DNA of 20,000 nucleotides. Origin: an uncultured virus (IMG/VR IMGVR_UViG_3300029705_000102) (lineage: Duplodnaviria > Heunggongvirae > Uroviricota > Caudoviricetes). The notes below the pieces were generated by a model. It worked only from the letters and a program-made list of their open reading frames with translations, searched no databases and had not been told where the DNA came from. Below, in pieces: positions 8,412 through 15,647 of this stretch. Made by a program: the position numbers and the translations under genes. Position 1 is the first letter of the stretch. Every line of letters starts with the position of its first letter. The stretch is from the IMG/VR virus record IMGVR_UViG_3300029705_000102; one strand, given 5' to 3'.

Positions 8412-9134
8412 ATGGGTCTTTTCTTTCCAAGATATAAGGTAAAACCACTTAATGAAGTAGAATTAGACGGTCAATCTTCTGAAAATGAAGATGGTACTGA
8501 AGGTACTACAGACTATAGTGCTCAAGCTGAAGATGGAGACAATACTACAGCTACTACGGAAGAGCCTACCGATAATAATGATAATCCCCCTGAAGACCAA
8601 AGCACTTCTAATAATGAAGAGGATAATACTTCAGCAGATGATACTGGTTTAGGTGATGGTATGGAAAATCCAGAGGATGATTCTACAGATTATTCTGCCA
8701 TGGGAGATGAGGGAAGTAATGATAATACTAATGATAATAACAGTAATAGTACACCCTCGACAAATAACGATGGCGAACAAAGTTCTATAGATGAACTTAA
8801 ACGTCAAGAAGAAGAAATGTACGCAGATTTAACTCCTGAGCAATTAGATATCAAACATCGTGAACTGAAGACTCAATTCTTATCAATGTTTGATTTGACA
8901 ACTCAGATTATTGAAAGAATTAATGATGCTGCAACAACAGAAGAAAATATGCCTATTATAGAATTTGTATCTAATAAGCTCTCTTCGCTTAGAGACATGA
9001 TGACAGATTATATAAATAGTGTATATAAAACTAAGTCTTATATTGAAAATTCCATTAATTATAATAAATTTCTTGCTATTTTGAACGGAATTAATAAAAT
9101 TCTAGAGGAAATGAATCAAAAAGAAGTTAAATAA
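8412..9134 (+). CDS. Acidic low-complexity protein, putative prohead core/scaffold (240 aa)
   Basis: Very D/E/N/T/S-rich N-terminal half and helical C-terminus, immediately upstream of the capsid gene. Confidence 0.5.
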   Translation: MGLFFPRYKVKPLNEVELDGQSSENEDGTEGTTDYSAQAEDGDNTTATTEEPTDNNDNPPEDQSTSNNEEDNTSADDTGLGDGMENPEDDSTDYSAMGDEGSNDNTNDNNSNSTPSTNNDGEQSSIDELKRQEEEMYADLTPEQLDIKHRELKTQFLSMFDLTTQIIERINDAATTEENMPIIEFVSNKLSSLRDMMTDYINSVYKTKSYIENSINYNKFLAILNGINKILEEMNQKEVK

Positions 9135-9158
9135 TGTTTTTCAATTCTGACTTATCAT

Positions 9159-9171
9159 AACATCATGGTAA
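9159..9171 (+). promoter_or_regulatory. Late-promoter-like motif AACA-N6-TAA for the capsid gene
   Basis: AACATCATGGTAA about 70 nt upstream of the ATG. Confidence 0.65.
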
Positions 9172-9240
9172 AAATATTGTCCGTAATCAGGGCGTATTTG
9201 AAACATCTTATATTAAGCTTAATAGAAAGGAGCATTTAAT

Positions 9241-11028
9241 ATGCCTGTAATTGGTAATCGCAGATCCACGGCTTCCATGGGCGACGGTTATATGCATGAT
9301 TCCATTTATGCATTTGCCGAGAGCTTTAGAGAAGTCGCTAAGGATATTTACAACGAAGGCGTAGATCTGTTCCTGGAGCCCTATAAGGCTCTTCAGAACG
9401 GAGCTACCAAGAATGCACTTAAGAATTTCTATATGGAGAATTCTTTCGATGCAAACGAGTTTTCCGCAGTTAACCCTGGTCATGCAGCAGAGCTTGCTGA
9501 AGATGCTCAGGCTATGATGGAGGCTCAGTTCGAGAATGACCTCGAAGCTATCTACGAGCACACTAACGTTGGTGCTATGAACCCTGTTATCGGTATGACG
9601 TTCCCGCTTCATAAGAATATCCTTATGAACAACGTATTCGATAAGGGCGCTATTCCGAAGTTTGTTGCTCGTGAACCTAAGTTCACCATTTCCCTTGAGC
9701 AGAGAATTCTTCAGACTCCCGATGGTCAGGAGATCGATATGTTCAAGGAGCAGTACAAGATCCATGACGCGATCGCTGCTACTGCACCCTACAAGGAAGT
9801 AGAGATGACTCTTCCTCAGACCGAGGGCGCTACTGATGTTCTTGCTGAGATCGGTGCTACCGGTGAGGATAATCTCTCTATCGAGACTCACATTTCGGCT
9901 GTTAAGGTTACTGGCGTTCATCTTGAGGCTGGTGACTACAACCCCGAGACTGGTGAGGAGATCACCACTGCTGGCGAGTACTCTTTCTGGGCACCCGTTA
10001 AGCTCGAGTTCACTCCTTCTTACGGCGAGATTGACCGCATCATCGCTTCTCAGGTAGTTATTATCGGTAAGGATGCTGCAAATGCTGGCCAGAAGAAAGA
10101 GTATAAGGACGTTATCACCGGCTTTATGCGTAACAACAAGTTCATGCTGAACGGTTCTACCGGTCTCGTAACTGCTGTTAAGCTTAACGCTCGTATCGAT
10201 ACTTCTTCCGCAATGCTCAAGACCTGCAGCGTTCGTTGGAAGGTTAACACCGATATCGTTGAAATCGGTTCGGCTACTCCTATCAACACGACTGTATCTC
10301 CTGAGGAAGTTAAGGACGTTGGAGCTCTTTACAATGTAAATCAGCTCTCTAAGGTTCTCTCCCTCATGAAGACTGTTCTTGGCGAGTACAAGGATACTTC
10401 TATCAAGAATCAGCTTGATCAGTCCTTCCTCCGTATGCCCGAGACCAACAAGTTCTCGACTACGTTTGACTTCGCTCCTCGTCAGGGCTATGCTCTTGAT
10501 CACGTTGAGTGGCGTCATAAGACGTTCATGGACTACCTTGACAGTGTTTGCACTGGTCTCTTCCAGGTTCTGAACGATCCTAATATGACGGTTTCTATCT
10601 TCGGTGCTCCTGATCTTATTCGTAAGATCACTCCTACCGAGTATACTTATCAGACTCCTTCTAACATCGGTCCTGTTGAGCTTGACTTCGTAAAGACCGT
10701 TGTTACTTCGGACAAGAGAGTATATCAGTTCATCGCATCTGATAAGCTCCGTGGTAACGCAAACCTCATCATCGTACTCTGCCCCAGAAATACGAATCGT
10801 ATTGTATATCGTATTTACGACTACCAGCTGTACGTATCGAATGAGATCCGTAACATGGTTAACCCTGCACTTCCCGCTGTACATGCGTTCGAGCGTTGGA
10901 AGTTCGTAGAGTATCAGCCTGTTCAGGGTCGTATCCAGATTAAGCATCCTACCGGCCTTGCTGAGATCGCTCCTAACGAGGATCCTATCGGCGGTCGTTT
11001 CATGAATGACTTTAATCTTCTTAAGTAA
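9241..11028 (+). CDS. Major capsid protein (595 aa)
   Basis: Strongest codon bias in the window (C/G-ending codons such as AAG, GAG, AAC, TTC, ATC); RBS AGAAAGGAG; acidic N-terminal propeptide-like region followed by a TNVGAMNPVIGMTFPL segment recalling T4 gp23; near protease and terminase; strong UUCG terminator. Confidence 0.78.
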   Translation: MPVIGNRRSTASMGDGYMHDSIYAFAESFREVAKDIYNEGVDLFLEPYKALQNGATKNALKNFYMENSFDANEFSAVNPGHAAELAEDAQAMMEAQFENDLEAIYEHTNVGAMNPVIGMTFPLHKNILMNNVFDKGAIPKFVAREPKFTISLEQRILQTPDGQEIDMFKEQYKIHDAIAATAPYKEVEMTLPQTEGATDVLAEIGATGEDNLSIETHISAVKVTGVHLEAGDYNPETGEEITTAGEYSFWAPVKLEFTPSYGEIDRIIASQVVIIGKDAANAGQKKEYKDVITGFMRNNKFMLNGSTGLVTAVKLNARIDTSSAMLKTCSVRWKVNTDIVEIGSATPINTTVSPEEVKDVGALYNVNQLSKVLSLMKTVLGEYKDTSIKNQLDQSFLRMPETNKFSTTFDFAPRQGYALDHVEWRHKTFMDYLDSVCTGLFQVLNDPNMTVSIFGAPDLIRKITPTEYTYQTPSNIGPVELDFVKTVVTSDKRVYQFIASDKLRGNANLIIVLCPRNTNRIVYRIYDYQLYVSNEIRNMVNPALPAVHAFERWKFVEYQPVQGRIQIKHPTGLAEIAPNEDPIGGRFMNDFNLLK

Positions 11029-11056
11029 TTAAGAAAGATACACTCTAAATAAAAAT

Positions 11057-11094
11057 AAGACAAGAGGGCTTCGGCTCTCTTGTCTTTTTCTTTT
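11057..11094 (+). terminator. Intrinsic terminator after the capsid gene
   Basis: AAGACAAGAGGGC-TTCG-GCTCTCTTGTCTT followed by a T-rich tail. Confidence 0.92.
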
Positions 11095-11104
11095 ATTAGC
11101 TGTC

Positions 11105-11117
11105 AACTATTAAATAA
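11105..11117 (+). promoter_or_regulatory. Late-promoter-like motif AACT-N6-TAA
   Basis: AACTATTAAATAA just after the terminator, upstream of RBS 11154-11158. Confidence 0.7.
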
Positions 11118-11168
11118 TCTTATATTTACGATATAATGAAAAATCCCAAGATTGGAGGAAACACAATC

Positions 11169-12341
11169 ATGAATAAAATAAATTATGATTTCGGTGAATT
11201 TCATAATGTGTTCGAAAGCATGCGCACGAAATCTAATGCTACTCCCGATGAATTGAAAACTCTGAAATATGAGCTTAATAGATTCTTCGATGATTCTACG
11301 TGTAAAGATGTACTTTATACAAATAATCTTGACAATATGTTTTTCGGTATCAAGATAATTCCTATGATCGATGCAGACGAAATTTATGAATATCTGGCAG
11401 ACAATGAGAAGATTCGTATTGAGAGCTACATCGTAGAGATCGATTCCAAACTTCTTAATCCTATTATTGATCTTAATAAGTTTGAGCTTACTGCCATTCT
11501 CCTCGAAGAGGTTGCTAAGATGGTTGGCGACTCTACTCCTATGGAAAATGCTCGCAATGCTCTTACACTCTATCTCTCTTCTAATAGAACTCATATTAAG
11601 ATTTCTCAGTCTGTTCATTATAAGGAACTTCTTGCTTATGGCTTGAAAGACTATTTGTCGAAGTGTACCTCGCTATTCTATAAAGATGATATTACCGATG
11701 TTAATAGTGATGAATTTGCGATCAGTTATTGTCTCGTAGACCATCTGATTTCAGGATATAACAAGATCAAGGGTGATAATCTCAAACTATATCAGGATAG
11801 CGAAATCAGTAAGTTTATTGTATTTAGCTGGGCTTTGAGCTTGTATAATAATATTAAAATTCATAGAGTTGGTGCTCTTAAGACATTGGCTAGATCTAAG
11901 TCTCTTACTGGTTCTAGACTTGAAAAGATGGAAATAGATAACGTTATTCGTAGAATTCAGAGAATTGATGATAGCGTTGTTCTGGAAGCTGCTGAAACGA
12001 CGAGTGGCATCCGCCTTAAGATTAAGGAAAAACTTAAGAAGGCTCGTTTGAATAATCTTCGTACTATTGACAGCACTTTTTATGAGCTGTCTATGCAGGT
12101 AAGAAATGTAGAAGATGAGCATGATGCTCTCTATCTCATGAGACAGATTAACAACTGTATTTCTATTATCGATGAGTACAAGAATCTTCAAGACTGTGAT
12201 GAGTATGAGCAAAATAAGTGGAAAGAAGCATATGATAAGTTCGTACAGCTTCGTGACAAACTTTCCAGTACTGTCGTATATAAGAATAAACACTACGGAA
12301 TTTTCGTAAATTACCCGGATATTGTAGAGAATCGTTATTAA
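11169..12341 (+). CDS. Putative virion structural protein (390 aa)
   Basis: GGAGG at 11154-11158 favours ATG 11169; follows the capsid gene; a VVLE|AA motif precedes a helical C-terminal domain. Function inferred from context. Confidence 0.55.
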   Translation: MNKINYDFGEFHNVFESMRTKSNATPDELKTLKYELNRFFDDSTCKDVLYTNNLDNMFFGIKIIPMIDADEIYEYLADNEKIRIESYIVEIDSKLLNPIIDLNKFELTAILLEEVAKMVGDSTPMENARNALTLYLSSNRTHIKISQSVHYKELLAYGLKDYLSKCTSLFYKDDITDVNSDEFAISYCLVDHLISGYNKIKGDNLKLYQDSEISKFIVFSWALSLYNNIKIHRVGALKTLARSKSLTGSRLEKMEIDNVIRRIQRIDDSVVLEAAETTSGIRLKIKEKLKKARLNNLRTIDSTFYELSMQVRNVEDEHDALYLMRQINNCISIIDEYKNLQDCDEYEQNKWKEAYDKFVQLRDKLSSTVVYKNKHYGIFVNYPDIVENRY

Positions 12342-12352
12342 CAATAAAGTAA
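12340..12352 (+). promoter_or_regulatory. Late-promoter-like motif AACA-N6-TAA overlapping a stop codon, no downstream ORF
   Basis: AACAATAAAGTAA. Confidence 0.5.
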
Positions 12353-12492
12353 AAGTTACTATCTCCCTGCCGTGATGGAACTTTGCCGTAAACCGCGTGT
12401 TTGTGTTTTCATGTTGTTGTTCGATTTTCTCCTCCGTGTAAGTTTATATTTAAAATACCAGTAGAGGCATAGCCTCTACTGGTATGATTTTT
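12351..12492 (+). ncRNA. Candidate ~140-nt small RNA with anti-start-codon and anti-SD tracts
   Basis: Promoter motif, then GTGTTTTCAT (12403-12412) and TTTTCTCCTCC (12425-12435), then terminator 12455-12485. Confidence 0.5.
12455..12485. terminator. Bidirectional terminator
   Basis: ATACCAGTAGAGGC/GCCTCTACTGGTAT 14-bp stem between convergent units. Confidence 0.9.
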
Positions 12493-12493
12493 G

Positions 12494-12865
12494 TTACTCT
12501 ATATATCTTCCAATAATTTGTGGTTTAGTTATGTCCCCTCCAATAAATACAACTATCCACTTTGAGCCTGCTGGAATATAATCAGAATAATCATCAATGC
12601 ATAATGCTTTATTAAGCGGTATTTCAACATAATTACTTATAGTAATATTAGAAATTTCTAGGGCTGTCTTTTTTGTATTTCTTAAATTGCCAGGATTTTG
12701 ATGAATTATATTAGATACTTTTTTAGAGTTATCTAGCGATGGCGTTAATATTGGTATAGAGAATTTAACCAATCCAGGATTGGTTTTATTTATGTCTTCC
12801 AGAGCTATAGCTATTTCTGGGTATTTCAAATCTAAATTATCATAAAAATTATTCATTGTTTGCAT
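12494..12865 (-). CDS. Baseplate hub/spike OB-fold protein (Gp5 N-terminal / GpV-like), 123 aa
   Basis: GLVKFSIPIL and C-terminal IPAGSKWIVVFIGGDITKPQIIG fit the P-x-x-G-x-x-x-x-V-x-F-x-x-G-D-x-x-x-P-x-I-I-G signature of Gp5/VgrG/GpV OB folds; RBS GAGGTGAGG. Confidence 0.65.
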   Translation of the reverse strand: MQTMNNFYDNLDLKYPEIAIALEDINKTNPGLVKFSIPILTPSLDNSKKVSNIIHQNPGNLRNTKKTALEISNITISNYVEIPLNKALCIDDYSDYIPAGSKWIVVFIGGDITKPQIIGRYIE

Positions 12866-12882
12866 ATATCCTCACCTCTCTA

Positions 12883-12895
12883 TTAATTATAAGTT
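12883..12895 (-). promoter_or_regulatory. Late-promoter-like motif AACT-N6-TAA
   Basis: AACTTATAATTAA, identical to the terL copy. Confidence 0.7.
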
Positions 12896-12921
12896 AAAGG
12901 ATATTAATTTATAAGAGCCTT

Positions 12922-12934
12922 AACTTTAAAATAA
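12922..12934 (+). promoter_or_regulatory. Late-promoter-like motif AACT-N6-TAA (divergent partner)
   Basis: AACTTTAAAATAA upstream of the AAGGAG RBS of 12966. Confidence 0.65.
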
Positions 12935-12965
12935 AAATTTTATAGATTAAAGGAGAATAATAACT

Positions 12966-13997
12966 ATGATTTGCTATCATCACACGGACGCAGATGGACA
13001 TTCTGCAGCTTATAACGTACTAAGAGGATCAAAAATTGTTTGCGTACCGGATTTCTTTAAACCTACGAATTATGGTGATAAGTTTGATAAGCATAAAGAT
13101 ACTGATACAGTTTATATTGTAGACGTATCATTTACTGAACCGACTTATCCTGATCTTATTAACATTTGCAAAACAGCTAGACGAGTTTATTGGATCGATC
13201 ATCATCAGTCTTCTCTTGATGTAATTGCTGCTCATAAAGATGAACTACAGAAGATGAAGAATTTGGTATACTTTGTATCTAAAGATTATTGTGGAGCAGC
13301 TCTTACTTATGCATTCTTTAAAATCAAGGACAATATTATGGATAGAGTTATTAATCGTAATATTGAAACTGATTCTTATGAAATTAAAACCATCTATGTC
13401 AACCCCAAGCATAATGAACTTATTACTGTACAAGTAGTTGTCAAGGGACCCACATCTTCAGATTATGAAATGCATAATATTGAAGTTCAGGTTCCTAAAT
13501 GGCTTCGTCATATTGATGATTATGATGCTTGGAAAAAGATCTATCCTGAAACTGAAAAGATTATTAATGGATTTAATTGTCATGAATGGAATCTTGTTAA
13601 TGACGATAAATTCAATATTGATTTTTGGACTAAATTTACAACTGAAGATAATTATATTACCAATCTTTTCAATATGGGTAAAACAATCTCAATGTATAAT
13701 GAACGCAGATTTAATGAAGAATTGAGCGCAACATATGAACTTGAATACAATGGTACAAAGTTCTTATGCAAAAATGGCCATGGCAATTCTTATAACTTTG
13801 CAGACAAGATTTATAAATATGATGCTGTTATTCTTTATCATTTTGAAGGTAGCATTATGAAATATCTATATAGTGTATATTCTTCTGATGCATCATCTTT
13901 TGATTGTAAAGCATTTTGCGAAAAATTCGGTGGTGGAGGTCACTTCCACGCATCTGGCTTTTCAAATGAAAAATCTCCGCTTGAACTTCTTAAATAA
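12966..13997 (+). CDS. DHH/DHHA1-family phosphoesterase (nanoRNase NrnA/NrnB-like), 343 aa
   Basis: Motifs YHHTDADG, VDVSF, WIDHH and C-terminal FGGGGHFHASGF. Confidence 0.9.
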   Translation: MICYHHTDADGHSAAYNVLRGSKIVCVPDFFKPTNYGDKFDKHKDTDTVYIVDVSFTEPTYPDLINICKTARRVYWIDHHQSSLDVIAAHKDELQKMKNLVYFVSKDYCGAALTYAFFKIKDNIMDRVINRNIETDSYEIKTIYVNPKHNELITVQVVVKGPTSSDYEMHNIEVQVPKWLRHIDDYDAWKKIYPETEKIINGFNCHEWNLVNDDKFNIDFWTKFTTEDNYITNLFNMGKTISMYNERRFNEELSATYELEYNGTKFLCKNGHGNSYNFADKIYKYDAVILYHFEGSIMKYLYSVYSSDASSFDCKAFCEKFGGGGHFHASGFSNEKSPLELLK

Positions 13998-14043
13998 GCC
14001 TAATTTGGGCGGTTTAGGATAATTAAGAATTTACAACAACAAA

Positions 14044-14056
14044 AACTTATATATAA
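14044..14056 (+). promoter_or_regulatory. Late-promoter-like motif AACT-N6-TAA
   Basis: AACTTATATATAA upstream of RBS GGAGG 14074-14078. Confidence 0.7.
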
Positions 14057-14086
14057 TCAAAATTTAAAAATTTGGAGGACTTCAAA

Positions 14087-14896
14087 ATGGCATTTGGAAG
14101 CACTTACAACAACAATCAGCAGGCTGCTGCAAAAAGTGGACCTGAGGTAACCATTTATTCTGGTTATCGTATGAACAATGCAGAATCTAAAATCGATCCT
14201 ACTTGTCTTACTTTTAGATTCTGGAAGAGCAATCTTTGTGTCGGAATTTTCCCTAAGAAGAATACCGGCAATGATGAAGTATCTTTTGATATGGACAATG
14301 GTATTACCATTTATTTGTCTCATACAAAAGCTCGTATTCTCGCTAATGAGCTTAGGCTTTTCCTTAGCGACCCTGTATCTTATAATGCAGTTGGCGTTCC
14401 TTCTGGTTCTGCAGCTATTAGTATTTCTAATGGTAGCGAATATGGAAAGAATACCCCTGTATTGACAATTCGTAAAGTAAGCGAGACTGGTGAAGTAGTA
14501 GCAAGTTTTGCTTATGAATTTAAGACGAATTTCCATTTTGCTATTCGTAATTATGATGGAAAGAATTTTGATTCTGCATATGATGACTATAAGAATCTTG
14601 AAATTGAGCAGTTTATCACTGTTCTTGAAGAGTATGTTAAGGCATCTACTAATGCAGTAGCATTTACAGTAATGGATCAGCGTAAATATTCTCAGGCACG
14701 TATGGAAAACAAGATTGATGCTATTGCATCTAATCTTGGAATTGATACAGCTAGATCTTCTGGTTCTTCTCGTCGTTTCAGTGGCAACACATATTTCAAT
14801 AATGCATCTGGTGGTAATTCTAGTAATTCTGGCAGCAATAATTATTCCTCGAATGTAAGCTATGGTGCTGCAACCATCGATGATCTTGAAGATTGA
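14087..14896 (+). CDS. Putative single-stranded DNA-binding protein (269 aa)
   Basis: Start at ATG 14087 after GGAGG. Aromatic, beta-rich core, G/S/N-rich flexible linker and acidic tip (ATIDDLED) typical of SSBs. Confidence 0.55.
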   Translation: MAFGSTYNNNQQAAAKSGPEVTIYSGYRMNNAESKIDPTCLTFRFWKSNLCVGIFPKKNTGNDEVSFDMDNGITIYLSHTKARILANELRLFLSDPVSYNAVGVPSGSAAISISNGSEYGKNTPVLTIRKVSETGEVVASFAYEFKTNFHFAIRNYDGKNFDSAYDDYKNLEIEQFITVLEEYVKASTNAVAFTVMDQRKYSQARMENKIDAIASNLGIDTARSSGSSRRFSGNTYFNNASGGNSSNSGSNNYSSNVSYGAATIDDLED

Positions 14897-14910
14897 TAAT
14901 AAAGCAATTC

Positions 14911-14945
14911 GAGAGTTGATCTTTCATAGATCAACTCTCTTTTTA
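14911..14945 (+). terminator. Intrinsic terminator
   Basis: GAGAGTTGATCT/AGATCAACTCTC stem plus T-run. Confidence 0.85.
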
Positions 14946-14964
14946 TTTTAAGGAGGTATAGTCA

Positions 14965-15624
14965 ATGTCTGGAACAAATTCAGTACTATTTGATTTCTAT
15001 TCTCTTGTGGATAAAAAACTATCTGTTATTAAGTATATTGCTGGAGAATATAGAGATGCTGCTCTTAATCATTTTGATAAAGATAGAATACTATATACAC
15101 CAAATGATACTTGGATATTTGATAGACTTTATAATCCGGAAGATGTATTCAGATCTATAATTTCCGATGTAAGTAAGAAAGATTCTTATGAAAAAATAAT
15201 GGAAATGATTATAAATAGAGATGAAGGAAACATATGGAAGAAATATGCATTCCAAACATCTTTAAATAGACTTATTACTGCTTATGCTAAAGCTGGTAAT
15301 GGTGTTATAAAAACAGCAGTTCAGTGCGAAAACGAATTGCAAAAAGAATATATCCAAAAACTATATCCAGATACTCCTATTGAACTCGGTAGTAGAGAAA
15401 ATATTGATATGGAGAAATATGGTAGACTTATAGTTGGAGATTATAAGGATGCTTTAAAATATAAATTAGAAGGTCCAAAGAGTATTCTAGTTTTAAATTT
15501 TAGAGAAAACTTTACTCCTGGAGATATTACACAATTAAACCCTGAACTTATTATTAGTTTAGGCGATATTCATGATATCGAAGTTGTATCCGCATATACC
15601 AATGAATTTGATATCAAAGGCTAA
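14965..15624 (+). CDS. Hypothetical protein, possibly degenerate HAD-fold (219 aa)
   Basis: RBS AAGGAGGT. N-terminal VLFDFYSLVD resembles HAD motif I but lacks the second Asp; LIVGDY sits late in the sequence like motif IV. Confidence 0.55.
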   Translation: MSGTNSVLFDFYSLVDKKLSVIKYIAGEYRDAALNHFDKDRILYTPNDTWIFDRLYNPEDVFRSIISDVSKKDSYEKIMEMIINRDEGNIWKKYAFQTSLNRLITAYAKAGNGVIKTAVQCENELQKEYIQKLYPDTPIELGSRENIDMEKYGRLIVGDYKDALKYKLEGPKSILVLNFRENFTPGDITQLNPELIISLGDIHDIEVVSAYTNEFDIKG

Positions 15625-15647
15625 ATTTATAAAAAGGAGAACGGCAT

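Noticed and set aside
9208..10947. 579-aa antisense ORF opposite the capsid gene
   Set aside because: Shadow ORF expected from the strong codon bias of the sense gene; no RBS or recognisable motifs.
12359..12435. Minus-strand 17-codon ORF MKTQTRGLRQSSITAGR with upstream GGAGGAG
   Set aside because: SD-ATG spacing of about 16 nt is too long, and it lies just downstream of a terminator with no promoter. Kept only as the alternative to the antisense sRNA reading.
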